Of a DNA stretch of 64,000 nucleotides, positions 13,047-27,644 are shown piece after piece. Both the position numbers and the translations under genes were made by a program. The stretch comes from Octopus sinensis (Eukaryota), in NCBI RefSeq assembly GCF_006345805.1, contig NC_043005.1:47554001-47618000 (forward strand), in the 5' to 3' direction. Under the pieces are notes generated by a model. It made no database searches. It saw nothing but the letters and a program-made list of their open reading frames with translations, and was not told the origin of the DNA. Each line of letters begins with the position of its first letter. Position 1 is the stretch's first letter.

Positions 13047-13548
13047 TATATGATGTGTTATGAATTTATGGAAAGAAATTCCATAAAACGCAACAATTTA
13101 GTTAGAAATGGAGAAGTGAAGTTGTTAGAATATATAAGAGGAACTTAATTTATGAAGTCAATCTAATATCTTTACTCATCTATAGAGGGAACATCACTGA
13201 AACCTTTTTTACTTATATTTTCAACTAACTGTTATAGCGTTTAGCTGTAGTTAATACCTAACTGGACTCACATCTCTTTTTCTCATAAGAATAAATATGA
13301 ATCTCCTAGATTCTGTTCTGTTATTTCCTTGCACCAAAGTGTACATTGATATATAATTAATTTATTTAATTAATATAATTTAATTCAATTCAATCATGAA
13401 TTTGCATTATTTTAAATCTCAGTACGAAGCGATCATCTGCATGAATTACAATTCTCGTATCTATTTTAACAACTTATCTTTTTTCATTTTTTACTAAATT
13501 GTTGAATTTTAAGGGATTCCTTTCCATAAATTCACAACACATCATATA
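13047..13548. mobile_element. TA-flanked MITE-like element with ~55 bp imperfect terminal inverted repeats
   Basis: tatatgatgtgttatgaatttatggaaagaaattccataaaacgcaacaa on the left versus the reverse complement of ttgttgaattttaagggattcctttccataaattcacaacacatcatata on the right. Confidence 0.7.
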
Positions 13549-14939
13549 CAAGTATTATTTTCATATCCACAAATTTATACCTGTAAACTACCAGCAAATA
13601 TGAAGAATCAATATTTATTAGAAATCTTTTTTAAAAACCTCCAAATTAAAGGATGAATCTAAGTTTAACGTTTTTACACACACACATACACACATATATG
13701 AGTCTGCGTATATGTATATATATGTGTGTGTATATATACATATGTGTGTGTGTGTGTATGTGTATATGCATATATGTGCATGTGTGTATATATGTATATA
13801 TATATATATATATACACATACACACATATCAATATATATGCATGTACATGTACATACTTATACATGCACACACATACACATATACACACACATGCACACC
13901 ACACACATAAATACACCCTGCCCATGTTTTTGATGTCAAAGGAGAACAACAAAATATTACAAAAATTCAATTTCTATTTCTGGACATAGCGTTCAGACTA
14001 TGGAAATATTTCAGCCTATTACTTGACATTATATATATATATATATATATACATACATACATATATAAATATATATATATATATGTGTATGTATGTATAG
14101 TAACAGGTTGACTTTCCTCCTATTGGTACTTAAAGATTCCTGGATGTAGAAGCACATCCGTCACCTTGGACATTCAGAAGCAAAGTCTTACTACCACTTG
14201 TTTGGTTACTCACTCGTGTGTGTGTGTGTGTGTGTGTGTGTACGTGTGTGCATGCATGTGCATACACACAGACGCACACACGCACATACACACACATACA
14301 TGCAAACAGACCACACGTATTGACGTCTGTACATATGTCAATGTTATACATATGTCAGGCTTGAACGATTTCTCCCCCAGCAAGGCACCAACTCTGACAT
14401 AGAATGTTTCTGACCAAAATATGTTCTTGAACAGCTCTGCTCATACATCAACAATACAATATTCTGATGCTGTTTCCCTTGAGCTTAAGATTCTGATATT
14501 TTATGGTATTTACCTACAGTATTTTTGCTTGTATGATGGTGTCTTCCTGTAGAAGTAACCTCTACCAAGTCTATGCGTAAGCTACTACTAAAGACGTAAT
14601 TTTTTTAATGTGTCTGCTTTGGCTACATGTGACATCTTTGGTGCACACTCATGTTTACATGTGTGTGCATGTATGATGTATGTAATATGTATATGTAAGT
14701 ATGTGTGTGTATGAGGGTGTATGTATATATCTGCATCTGTGTATGTATATATATACATATATAAATAAACTTATATATGTGTGTGTGTCTGTCTGTATCT
14801 GTGTATTTATGTATGTATATACGTGTATATATATATTATACACACTCATACTCACATATTTGTAAAATACTAAATTTTCAATTAGATGTAGTTGAATACA
14901 TTAGGATATATATTACTTCCATTTCTAAAGAATACATGA

Positions 14940-14971
14940 TATGCATGTGTTTGTGTGTGTGTATGTGTGTG

Positions 14972-15021
<50 letters not shown>

Positions 15022-15201
15022 CATATGTGTATATATACATATATATATGTATGTATATATATGTATACATACATATATATATATGTATATATATATATAA
15101 GTATATATATATATATATGTATATATATGTATATAAATGTATATGTATATATATATGTATGTATATATATATGTATATATCTGTATATATATATATGTAT
15201 A

Positions 15202-15238
<37 letters not shown>

Positions 15239-15340
15239 GTAGATAAATAGATAGATAAATAAATAGATACACATGCATATATATATAGTTACATACAAAT
15301 ACATACATATATATATATATACTGAGAGAGAGAGAGAAAG
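14940..15340. repeat. Long imperfect (TA)n/(TG)n microsatellite
   Basis: Direct reading. Confidence 0.95.
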
Positions 15341-15699
15341 AGAGTGGTGGGGATGACCTATGCATGTATACATGTGTCTGCATATATATGTGTATGCAGG
15401 TATGGTTGTGTCAGTAGATAAATATCCCTATCTATGTCTGTATGCTATTCGCTACATATGTATGCATAAGTTTGCATGCTTATGTGAATATGAAATTAAT
15501 TATTCCCTGGGTGGCTAACTTAGTCCAGTCAAGCATTTTGTCAATCCAATATAATGTGTTAGGCATAGTTGCATCTTTTTACTGCTTCACATGCCAACAG
15601 CTCATCAAGGTTGCCAGAGATTGACCCTATGGAATGGCCGTAATTGACCTATTTTGAACCATTACTCATTTCTGGTCATCTATCAGATACTTATCAACA

Positions 15700-15830
15700 A
15701 CAACAACAGCAACAACAACAACTACAACAATCACAACAATGATAGCAACAACAGCAACAAGAACAATGACAACAACATCGACAACAATCACAATGATGAT
15801 AACAACAACACCAACTGCAAAAACAATGTA
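15700..15830. repeat. Imperfect (AAC)n tract
   Basis: Direct reading. It explains the Asn-rich ORF 15654-16109. Confidence 0.9.
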
Positions 15831-16010
15831 AATGAAGCTGCATTACCGTATCTATCTAGTTTTGCTTTTATTCACAGAAGAATAGTTATTATTACAGATG
15901 TACACATACATGTGTATATGTGTATGTGTATGCATGTGTATACATATGCATACATACACATATATATATACATATATACATACATGCATATATATATATA
16001 TGTGTGTTTG

Positions 16011-16053
<43 letters not shown>

Positions 16054-16807
16054 ACGTATATGTATATGTATATATATATATCAGTGTATATTTGAATGCA
16101 TTAAGATAGTGATACTTAATTTAAAACAAAAATCTCAGCTAGTTAGTTTTTCTCTCTATATATATATATGTACGTGTGTATGTATCTATGATATATATAT
16201 ATATATATAGACAGAAAGAGAGAGATAGGTAATCATAATCATCATCTTTATCATTAGCAGCTTCATCAGCATCGTCATCATCACTATCATATGTCCAATT
16301 TTCATGCAGTTCAGATTGTCACTGTCCAAGTCAATTCTTATTCAACATTACTGGCCTTCTATGTGGGTTGAAACACCATAACTTGCTCAAGCCCTTTGCT
16401 CAAACTCCTCCAATGCATATATATGTGTGTGTGTGTATATATATATACATATATATATACATAGATACATATGTTTGATTGTGGCAAATTTGTGATTCTT
16501 GATGAATGATGGTACACTTAATGGTATTTCTTAAACTGTTGCCAGTTTAACACTGCCATTTAGTCTTTAGTTGTCTTTTGCAGAGTTCACTGTGTTGCAA
16601 ACATTTGGTTCAATTCTTTGATTTAAGGATAACTTACTCCCCTCATTCCACCAACCTCAAAGCCCTGAGAAGGAACAGGGTCACTATTCTTTCTCCTTTG
16701 ACTAATCAGCAACAATCAGAATGGATGAGAAAGGATTATAGCTTCAAAACATCTTACATAAATTTCTTTTTATTGTTATTATGAAGGAACATGGCCAAGC
16801 GGTTAGA

Positions 16808-17130
16808 GTGGTGGTTCTCATCTGGCACCCATATGATCCTTGGGGGTCCATATAAGATTTTTGGGCGTCAACACTTGCTGAATAGTAAACTGGGCATCAA
16901 CAGCAGATTCTTAAGTGTCCATGGAAAAGCATTTTGCTTCAGATGTATTTATATTGCAAGAAACAGCTGAGTTTCTTTCTCTAACATTTTACATAGTTCA
17001 ATCTACACAAGTTATTGTGTAAAAAACAAAATAGGAATTTTAAAAGAAGTTTTTAGACATCGAATGATTATGGGGGTCCATGAAAATAAAATAGTAATCA
17101 AAGTAAGTAAAAAAATGTTTGAGAAGTAGG
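16808..17130. mobile_element. hAT/Charlie-like MITE, degenerate
   Basis: Left end gtggttctca; right end tttgagaagtagg; internal ggggtcc motifs at both ends. Confidence 0.5.
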
Positions 17131-17149
17131 AAAGTGAATGTAAAGTTAC

Positions 17150-17390
17150 TGTCTCGAGTCATGCTGACTCATAGGTGCTGGTTTCTTAGTTTCACGATAT
17201 ATAAATCCCCCACCTGGATGGGGTGCTGGTCCATCACAGGATGACTCATTTTTGTCAGCTGAGTGGAATGGAGCAAGGGGAAATGAAGTGTCTTGCTCAA
17301 GAACACGATGCATCTCGTGGTCCAGGAATTGAAACCATAATTTTGTGATCATGAGTCCAACACCATAACCACTAAGCCATGTGCCTCCCA
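17150..17390 (-). mobile_element. SINE family C
   Basis: Reverse complement of the 9030-9255 type. Confidence 0.75.
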
Positions 17391-17435
17391 CATTGAGAAC
17401 TAGTGGATTAGGTTGTTGCACTCTCAATAGCTTGA

Positions 17436-17880
17436 TCACAAGTTTGGTTCCAACAATAATTCACTGGCACTTTGAGATGGATCTGACTCGACAGTGGCTT
17501 TCAGTTCGTCATTATCTACCTTTGTTTCTGGTTGACCGCATTGCTCATTTGTAAGGTCAAAGTTACCAGAACGAAATTTTGTAAACCAATTTGATACTGT
17601 CTGCTGTGTAAAAACATTAGATTGAAATACTCCATTAATATTCCGAGCAGTATGTGATGCTGTATTTCCAAGAAAGAACTCATATTTCAAAACTGTACAA
17701 ATTTCCGACTTATCCATCTCTAAACAAAAATAGCAAAAAACGATTTATAAATGCTTTATGAAGTGCAAAATGAGTTAGAATAAAGAAATAGATGTATCAG
17801 CTTTCTAACAAAAAATAATGATTGTCAAAATATAATAATGGCGCAAAATGAGCAGCTATCTAAGTTTACTATATACCTTA
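17436..17880 (-). pseudogene. mariner (DD34D, Mos1/Hsmar-like) 5' fragment encoding the N-terminal HTH
   Basis: MDKSEICTVLKYEFFLGNTASHTARNINGVF...TVSNWFTKFRSGNFDLTNEQCGQPETKVDNDELKATVESDPSQS. TATTAGG-type terminus near 17878. Confidence 0.85.
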
Positions 17881-18113
17881 CTAAAAATTTCATACTTGAT
17901 GGCCTAATATATACACATAAATGTAAAACAATGAGCATGAGTGCTCACCACAGTATTGGTGGATCATTTTTTTCATTTGTATATTAAAGCTACCATTGGT
18001 TTCATTTTAAGAAAATACGTTAATACCTTAACAATTTTTGAAGCCAATCACTTGGAGGAATGGCTTGAAAAATTTGTTAAGATATTAACATATTTTCTTA
18101 ACATGAAAACAAC

Positions 18114-18180
<67 letters not shown>

Positions 18181-18496
18181 TATATAAATACACACAATGA
18201 GCTTCTTATAGTTTCCATCTACCAAATCTACTCAAAGGGCTTTGGTTGGCCCGAGGCTATAGAAGAAGACACTTGCCCAATGTGCCATGCGGTGGAACTG
18301 AACCTGGAACCATGTGGCTGGAAAGCAAGTCTAACTTGTAAAAGAAAAAAACACCTATTTTGTCATTCCAGACAACTTGTTCTGTTGAATCATTATTTTG
18401 TCATTGCTATTCTTGTTGCCAAACTCCAAGTCGATCCTCATTGAGCAGATCTATAATTAAGGCATTTTTACTGAAAACACCATAGATGCATATATG

Positions 18497-18643
18497 CAGG
18501 CATGGCTGTGTGGTAAGAAGTTTACTTCCCATTCACATGGTTCCAGGTTCAGTTCCACCTTGGGCAAGTATCTTCTACTATAGGCATGGACTGATCAAAG
18601 CCTTGTGAGTAGATTTGGTAGATGGAAACTGAAAGAAGCCTGT

Positions 18644-18734
<91 letters not shown>

Positions 18735-18930
18735 TGTGTTTGTCCCCCATCACTACTTGACAACCAATATTGGTGTGTTTATGTCCCCATAACTTAGTGG
18801 TTTGGAAAAAAAGCAATAGAATAAGTACTAGGCTTACAAAATATGTCCTGGGGTCGATTTCTTTGACTAAAACCCTTTAAGGTGGTGCTCCAAAATGGCT
18901 ACAGCCAAATGACTGAAACATGTTAAAGAA
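18497..18930 (+). mobile_element. SINE family A
   Basis: Collinear with 61837-62260. Confidence 0.85.
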
Positions 18931-20384
18931 TGTCCTTCCCTTGTTTACTTTCTTTTTTAAGACAGTAAGTTGGATGTGATTTATAAACAATTTAGCTGCA
19001 ATTGCCAGCAAGTCAGTTTTATGATTTTGAAAATAGATGTTGTCAGTGAAACAAGAGCTCTGAAGGGTTCAGTGGGTTTTTAGTATAATGCAGTGTAGTA
19101 TAATGCAGTGGCTCTTTAGTATAATGCACTGCTGGTTGTGCTATAGTTTGCCATATCATAGTGGGGTAATTGAATAACATTCATCCATAGCAGATACAAA
19201 AGCCTTAAATTTTGACGAAGAGGTGTAGTTGATCATATCAATCCCAATACTTGAGAGGCATTTTTTTTCAAAGAGCCATGGAAATATAAAATGCAAAATC
19301 TATTGCACTGCTCTATAGATTCTGTCAATCTACTGCCCTTGGTAATTAGCATAGAATTAATATTTTCATATTTCTGTTGAATATTAGTTTATCTCTCCTG
19401 AAGGAAGTCCATGACTGTAGTCTTAATATTCGATTATTTCCATAGGAAATCCTTTTGCATCTGTTTAGTTATTCTGTCATTGCTGTAGAGTTATATCAAC
19501 TTCAACACACTGTTGTTGTTCTTAGTGCTGTTGAAGTACATTGGTTAGTAGAAAGTAACTGATTAGCTTGCTTAAGATTGATTTATCTAATACACTAGGT
19601 ATTATGTGTTCTAATCAGTTATGGAACCACTCTAGCATCTCCATCAGACTGTTCTTAGATGAGATTAAGGGTTTGGGTTGATGAATAAAGTTAATAAGTG
19701 AAATGGGCATATTTCAAATTAACATTTGTTGGCATTATTACATATTATTCCATCTTTTTATGTTCTGAATTCAAACCCTTTAAATGTCAGTTGTATCTTT
19801 CTTCTTTTTGGGGGTCAATAAAGTAAAGGACTGATCAAGTATAGGAACCCATGTAATTGTCTGAGCCCCTCCTGTAGAAATTCGAATCTAAATTAGAAAG
19901 GAGTGAGATTAAATCCTGCTGATGCCAAATATTGCCTTTCATTCCCCCAAGATTGATAAAATAAAGTACTAGTTAAGTATTGGGGTCAGCCAATTTCCCC
20001 TGCAAAATCAGTATAACTGTGGCTCATCTTAGAAATAAGCCCTGTGAGACTGCTACATTGGGTGTCGCTGGCCATTCTCCACAACACCATCTTTGCAATC
20101 ATGTCTGCAAGGCACGGCTGAACACATTTGTGCTGGAGTGTACAACATACTCCCTACCCCCATCTTCTGCTGCTTAAATGGGTAATATTTATGGCACTCT
20201 TCTTTTTTTGCTTCTATATTTTCTGGAGGAGTAACCTCGATCCTATAAATGTTACCAAAATGAAGTAGATTGACAATTTATATTTTTTGCACCTGTGGAA
20301 GACACACGAGAAGTCGAAATATCATTCACTTGATAACAATAGTATTTTCTTTTTTTGCTTCTATGTTTTCTGGAGGAGCAATCC

Positions 20385-20439
<55 letters not shown>

Positions 20440-20441
<2 letters not shown>

Positions 20442-20650
20442 GGCAATGTGCTGGCAGAATCATTAGCACAGTGGGCAAAATGCTTACTGGTGTTCTGCAT
20501 TCAAATTCCGCTAAAGTTGACTTTGCCTTTCATCCTTTCAGGGTTGATTAAATAAGTACCAGTTGAACACTGGGGTCGATTTAATCGACCTAGTCCCCCA
20601 ACCCCTAAGTCCGCTGGCCTTGTACCAAAATTTGGAACTGGTATTATTGG
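20440..20650 (+). mobile_element. SINE family B following an (ATT)n tract
   Basis: aaggcaatgtgctggcagaatcattagc...ctttgcctttcatcctttcagggttgattaaataagtaccag. Confidence 0.8.
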
Positions 20651-21037
20651 TTCACAATACGTTAAATGTTAAATGAGGTACAAAGTATTTACTATTTCTA
20701 AAGGAGCTGTCTGTGTGGGGGAGGAGAGGGTGTAAATAAAATAAAATGGTTTCAAGTGTGAATAGAAGATGCTCTGAGATTCAATGGCTTACTAGGATCT
20801 CAAAAAACTGATGTATTTTGAAATTACCCTTTGAACAAATTTTGGAAAACTAACTCCAAATCTGAGTATATTTCTGATATTAATTTTAACAACTCATAAG
20901 ATTTGAAAGGTAATGTCTCTCAGATGTTCTTGGATGAGAGGCATGTATGTACATGTGTATATGTCATTATGTATCTATGTATATGTTTGAATGTATATAT
21001 TATATATATATATACATAGATAGATAGATAGATAGAT

Positions 21038-21447
21038 AGGTGCAGGAGTGGCTGTGTGGTAAGTAGCTTGCTTACCAACCACATGGTTCCAGGTTCAGTC
21101 CCACTGTGTGTCACCTTGGGCAAGTGTCTTCTATAGCTTCAGGCTGACCAAAGCCTTGTGAGTGGATTGGTAGACAGAAACTGAAAGAAGCCCGTCGTAT
21201 ATATGTATATGTATATATATATATGTGTGTGTATATGTTTGTGTGTCTGTGTTTGTCCCCCAACATTGCTTGACAACCGATGCTGGTGTGTTTACATTCC
21301 CGTAACTTAGCAGCTCGGCAAAAGAGATCGATAGAATAAGTACTAGGGTTACAAAGAATAAGACCTGGGGTCGATTTGCTCGACTAAAGTTATTGCTCCA
21401 GCATGGCCACAGTCAAATGACTGAAACAAGTAAAAGAGTAAAAGAGT
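21038..21447 (+). mobile_element. SINE family A, full length
   Basis: tRNA-like head, internal microsatellite and (AAAGAGT)n tail. Confidence 0.9.
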
Positions 21448-21839
21448 ATATATACAGGAATGGACGTTATTGTTATTGTCATTAATTATATAGTTTTGCA
21501 TGCTATCGTGGGACAGATTAAATTTGTTGAGACCAATTTTCTATAAACAGATGCCCTTTCTCTTGTCAATCCTCATGTATCCAGATATGTTTTTCATAAG
21601 ACAGGAAACAAATAACCTCACTTGTATGATGATGATGATGATGATCATGATCATGTACAACCAATCCATCTAGACAAACACACACAAATACACAAATATG
21701 CATGCACCCCACCGCACACACATATATGATGGGCTTCTTTCTGTTTCTAACTACTAAATCTGCTCATGAGACTTTGTTTAGTGCAGGGCAAGGAATCTTG
21801 TTGATGGGACGGCTATCACCTCTCAAGATGAAGCAAGCA

Positions 21840-21851
21840 TGTATCATAAAT

Positions 21852-21885
<34 letters not shown>

Positions 21886-22175
21886 ATATATATATATATA
21901 TATACATATATATATACATGTATTTATATATGCATGAATACGGCATGCGTGTGTGTGTGAATGTGTGCATGTATGTGTATGATCATAAATGTGTATGTGC
22001 ATATATATGTGTGTATATATATATGTATATATATATACATATATGTATATATATGTATGTATATACATATATATATGTATGTATATATATATATATATTA
22101 TATATATATATATTTATGTATGTATGTATATATATATATATGTATGTATATATATAGATATATGTATATATCTAT

Positions 22176-22271
<96 letters not shown>

Positions 22272-22285
22272 TATATATATATGTA
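21840..22285. repeat. Long (TA)n/(TG)n microsatellite
   Basis: Direct reading. Confidence 0.95.
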
Positions 22286-22924
22286 CATTCCAAAAATCAA
22301 TTATGCATGTAGAATAAAAGGAACCATCATCATTAGGAAGACCAAACCTCATATAAACAATAAAAGAAAGCTGCATGTTGCTGAGTAGTAACAATTATAG
22401 CAATGCTTCCTTGTGCAGGCAAAGTCAACAATCTTCATGTAGACACATACACACACTACAGAGCAGAAAAAGCTAGCTCACAACCCCGAATCCTGAAGTT
22501 ACTTTTCCTGAAGAGTGGGTTTTAATCCTGAAAATAACTTACTTTGTTTTTGCTGTATTCAAGTATTGTGACCAGACATGTTTTCATGGAAGATTGGAAA
22601 CAGAGAACACCACTTGCACGGCAGTGAAACTTGTTTTGAACTATTACATGAACTCAAACCAAGGAGGCACAAACACACATGTATACACATACTAATGCAT
22701 TTGTGCGTGCATGAGTGTGTGTGTGTGTGTGTGTGTGCTCATATATGACAGGCTTCTCCCAGTTTATGCCTATCAAATCGATTCACAAAATTTTGATCAA
22801 CCTAGTGCTATAGTAGAAGTCATTTTCCCAACATTCCATACTGTAGGATTGAACCCACAAACTTCTTATTACAAAGCCCGCCCTGCACTTATGTGTATGA
22901 GTGTAAGTATGTACATACATGTAT

Positions 22925-23000
<76 letters not shown>

Positions 23001-23045
23001 AAGATAGATAGATAGATAGATGATAGATAGATAGATAGATAGATG

Positions 23046-23078
<33 letters not shown>

Positions 23079-23180
23079 GTAGATAGATAGGTAGATAGAT
23101 AGGTAGATAGATAGGTAGATAGGTAGATAGATAGAAAGATAGATAAATAGATAGGTAGATAGAGAGAGAGAGAGAGAGAG
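22925..23180. repeat. (GATA)n + (GA)n microsatellite
   Basis: Direct reading. Similar arrays lie at about 51960-52075, 53030-53125 and 54720-54820. Confidence 0.95.
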
Positions 23181-25219
23181 AGATGTTGCAAGGAAAGATT
23201 TAAAAGCAAAATGAAGAGGGTCTACGCAAAATACAGCAAGGTGTCTTTTTGAGCACTCTATCATTTCTGTCAATTCTATTGCCTTTAATCAACTTACATA
23301 ATATTAAAGGCTTTGCAAAACCCCAAAAGATTTTCCTGGCTACTTGATCTAGCAACTTGTAAGGATGAGATTTCCTACTTCGTGGTGTGAAATATTCTTG
23401 TAGCTAATCAGCAAAAATGATACAAAAATCTGTCAACTGTACAATTTTTGGTATTCAAAAAATATTCTTCAAATAGAAAAATTTCTACTGGTCATATATG
23501 GCCCTAAGAATTCCTTTCATTCACAGACTGTAAATATGTCTAATATGATTTCACCGAGTAGTATAAGGTTAGGTTTGTTAGAATTTTATGGTTAGTTGTG
23601 GCCACACCTCAGCTTCAAAAGGATATATTCTGATTTGATGACCTTAAACATTTAATCACTGACTAAAGGGTGGCTGCAATAAATTGATTATCATTGAAGC
23701 AAAATTGAGTTTGATCTGCAGAAGATCATAGAAGAGTGGAAATAGTGATTAGGAAAATTAGATCCATGCAAGCAGTAGAAGAAGGGAAGACTGATATAGT
23801 TGAGTAATGTGAAACCTTAACATAGTTATTTAGTAAGGTGACAGTTAAATGAGAATGCTTTATGTGAGTTGTAGCAGTGAAAAGAAAAATAAGAAAGAAC
23901 GAAAGTTAAAAAGAAAGAAAGAAAAGGAAAGAGAAGGCGAGAGATAGTTCCCTACAACTGGACACTGGGAATAGTTCAAGAAAAATGGTAGAATATTACA
24001 TAAAATGATTAGCAATTATTGGCGTTTCTGAGGAAAATAATGGCCTTCGCTTCACTTTTCTTGAGTATTTTAGGTAAGATATATGTCATATATATTTTTC
24101 ATATCCTCAAAATCATCATCACATATAGTTTTATGTGACTTTTATTTCAGAGTCCTTCCTACTTTAGACAGGTCTGCAGCAGTATTGCATTTCTTCGAAA
24201 ATTACTTTCTTTGATTGATTCTTTTGTATGTCCAAACTCTCTTATATTACATCTATCTTAGTAACTTCAAATTTTCTTTTAACTTGCTTTCTCAGAGTTG
24301 CAAGAAGCTTTTGTCAATTATTCTTTCTTATAAGATACCCATGCTATAAAAAGCCATCAATATATTATTGTGTCTATTCATTGTTATAATTTTTTGTATT
24401 TAATTGCAAATTGAATTGATTTGGTTAGAATCTTTATTTTCTGCAACAAAATGTACTTAAGGCTATTGCATATTCTTTTAGCTTATTTTGATGGAGTATG
24501 TATGATAAACACACCTCATTGCTTTTCAGCTTTGTTAGAATTCATTTAACTTTTATACAACACTTTTTCCTCTGCTTGAAAACTAAGTCAATTTGGCAAA
24601 TACGTTTTATTCTTCATCAAGTTGATAAAGTTTTATTCTCTTTTATGCGTGCATATAAAAATATTTATCGTTCTTAAACAAGAATATTATCGATACTGAC
24701 TTCGATGTGTCAGCCAGCTAAGCCATCATTAGACATATATATATATAAAAGTATATATTTTTATATATAAGTTAGTTGAACAATGGGGACAAGTGCCAAT
24801 CAAGGCCTGTATGATGTGAAATCCAGGTGGAACATTGATCGCAAGTGGAGGTAGGTAAGGAGGAACTCATAACTATCAGCTAAAAATAAAAACACTTCAC
24901 AGCCACCTTCAATTTTGAGATTTCTTCCCATTCTGAGGCTTAAACACCACATTATTCTGCCTTGTCAGATTTCTCTCAGGGGCTCTAGTGCCAATGACCT
25001 CTGCAGGCCACTTCCAAAACAGGTAAAAATTGATGCACAGCCTGAATATTTCAACTCAATGTATGCAGAAAATATAAATTCAATCCAAATCTTTGCAAGA
25101 CTGAACTCTACAAAAGGGGCCTTACAGAGTTTCTGATTCCTTAAACTCTTAGAATCAACTTCAAACACTTGATACTACACAGCTAATAATATTCCACAGA
25201 ACTGGCATTGAGCTTGAAG

Positions 25220-25420
25220 AATCATTAGCATGCCAGGCAAAATGGTTAGTGGTATTCTGTTAATCTTTAAGTTCTGAGTTCAAATTCTGCCAAGGCCGAC
25301 TTTGCCTTTCATCCTTTCGGGGTCAATAAAATAAGTACCAGCAGAACACTGGGTTCGATGCTATCGACTTATCCTCTCCCCCAAACTTGCTGGCATTGTG
25401 CCAACATTTGAAACAAATAT
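25220..25420 (+). mobile_element. SINE family B
   Basis: ttctgagttcaaattctgccaaggccgactttgcctttcatcctttcggggtcaataaaataagtaccag. Confidence 0.8.
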
Positions 25421-25525
25421 TACACAGAAATTCCATTCCAATATCTGCAGGAAAATGTAGGTTTGATTCATATTCTTGCAAGAATGAAAAATTTACTAAC
25501 GGTGCCTAGCACTGATTTTCCTTCC

Positions 25526-25752
25526 TTAATCCTTTAGTATTCAGATAACTCTGTAATGCATATATATCCACATTGGTTTGAATTGATTATGCATTATCTC
25601 ATAGCTTCAATATTTCAATGATGGGACTGATCATTTTTATAAAAACGTTGTAGGGTAGGTGTGAGAAGCTAAGCCAGATCTGGCCGGTTTTAACATAAAA
25701 ACAGGTAGAATATTTGGACCTGACATGGCCGGATTAAATGCTAAAGGGTTAA
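25526..25752. mobile_element. piggyBac-like MITE with TTAA target duplication
   Basis: TTAA at 25526-29 and 25749-52; TIRs TCCTTTAGTATT and AATGCTAAAGGG. Related copies at about 27160-27328 and 51017-51240. Confidence 0.75.
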
Positions 25753-26829
25753 CCTCCTTTGAAAAGAATTTCAAACACTTGATACAACACCCAAATTACC
25801 TAACTCCGAAATACTAATTCCACAACACTGATCATTACTCAAATCATTATGGTCAGTTGCAGTTACTTCATACTTTTGTTACAGTTGTTTTTATTGCGAG
25901 TAATTTTCAATGATATTTTGTAAGCATCCTTAAGCATTAAACAAACAATAGCCATATATTATTTGTAATGTTATGCTTTTCTCAAGAAGTCTATTTTCAA
26001 CCATGTGACTCTGGGTTTAATTTCATGTCTTCTTTATTAGCCTTAGCTTGACAAATGTTCTGTTGAATTTGGTAGTAAGAAACTCTGTAGAAAGCTGACA
26101 TATGTGTGTTTGCATGTGTTTGTGAGCCTATGTTCATGTATACCTTGTCTAAAGCATTAGAAGATAACTTAGCCATTTGATGAATAGATAAAATATGTAC
26201 CAGCCTAAAACAAGCAAGGGAACAACTTGATCAACTAATGGCACTTAAAGATGGTGCCTCAGCAAAGGAAGCAGCATTGCTCATAAGGGAGAAATTTGTT
26301 TGAAATAAGGATAAAAAAACAGTTGTCAAAAATCAATTTTCATTTACCAAGAAAAAGACACTTATAAACACACTCTTACATTTGCCTTACACACACACAT
26401 ACACACACACATGCACACACACACACACACACACTTTGATCTTAGCAGATAGCCATGTGTCCCTCCTTGTCAATCTCCACTTGGAACCAATGTTACACCT
26501 GAATCTCCCCTCTTAAAGGCCTTGATTGGCACTTCTCCCCATTGTTCGACATGATGGGCTTATTTCAGTTTCCATCTGCCAAGTCCACACACAATGCTTT
26601 GATTGGCCTTTAGCTAGAACAGAAGACACCTGCTCAAGGTGCCACCCTATAAATTTGAACCTGAAATCACGTGGTTGGAAAGTAAACTTCTTAACCACAT
26701 ATCCATGCTTGTGCCTTCAAAATATATAAAAACATATATCAAAAAGAAAAATCAAAACTATAATGTGAAATTTGTTTTATATATTTGTGGCTGAATACAC
26801 AAATAAACTGCAGGTAATGGAGGTGTTTT

Positions 26830-27130
26830 TTTTTTTGTTCCTTCTTGAGCCATGCCTAGCTCATAAGGGCCGGTTTTCTGGTTTCTTTGGTGTATAGGTT
26901 CCCCACCTGGATGGGAAGCCGGTCCCTCACAGGTGAGCTGCAAAATGCAGGAGGAAAGAGTGAGAGAAGGTTGTGGCAAAAGAGTCAGCAGAAGTTCGCC
27001 ATTACCTTCTGCCGGAGCTGCATGGAGCTTAGGTGTTTCGCTCATAAACACACACATCACCCGGTCTGAGATTCGAAACCACAATCCTGCAACTGCGAAT
27101 CCACTGCTCTAACCACTAGGCCATGTGCCT
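26830..27130 (-). mobile_element. SINE family C, near full length
   Basis: Reverse-complement head (ggcacatggcctagtggttagagc...gtttcgaatctcagacc) and tail. Confidence 0.75.
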
Positions 27131-27644
27131 CCACACAATGGAGATGTAAGGATGTTTTATTTGAATTAATCCTGCATTATCTCATAGTTTCATGATTTCA
27201 ATGATGTGATTGTTTATTTTTAAAGTGACATCGTAGGGTAGATATGAGAGTCTGACTCTAGCCAGTTCAAACATTAAAAAGTAAAATATTTGGGCCAGAT
27301 AAGGTTGGTTTAAATGCCAAAGGGTCAATCTGAAGCCACTTCTTTTTAATCACTTGGAAAATCCACATGCTTTAAAGAATGTTAGCAATCACAAACATTT
27401 TGTCACCTACCAGCATAAGTGAAAAGCATGGATGACTAATTGAATCCCTGAAGGTTGGTTTCTGAATAGTTTTGTTCACCAGGGAAAGAAAAATTGTCCT
27501 AAGAAGTGAATTACATTCAAAATTTTTAAAGTTTTAGATAATGGTCATCTACAGCAATTCAACAATTTTTATTTACTATTGAGAGCCTCTTCATCTCTCA
27601 GCTGACAGTTCCTCGCCTTGCAAGTTACTTGGCAATTCAGTGGG

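Noticed and set aside
22501-22545. CTGAAGA-GGGTT/AATCC-GAAA hammerhead-like core
   Set aside because: No stem I forms across a valid cleavage site and stem III is not palindromic.
24000-24640. Possible hAT transposase relic on the minus strand
   Set aside because: Only one weak motif (NEVCLS, resembling EVRWLS) and many stops.
24690-24735. Minus-strand CTAATGA...GGCT-GACAC-ATC, related to GCT-GACAC-GTT at about 35790-35810
   Set aside because: May be a decayed eighth hammerhead family, but it has two core changes and no stem I, so I cannot support it.
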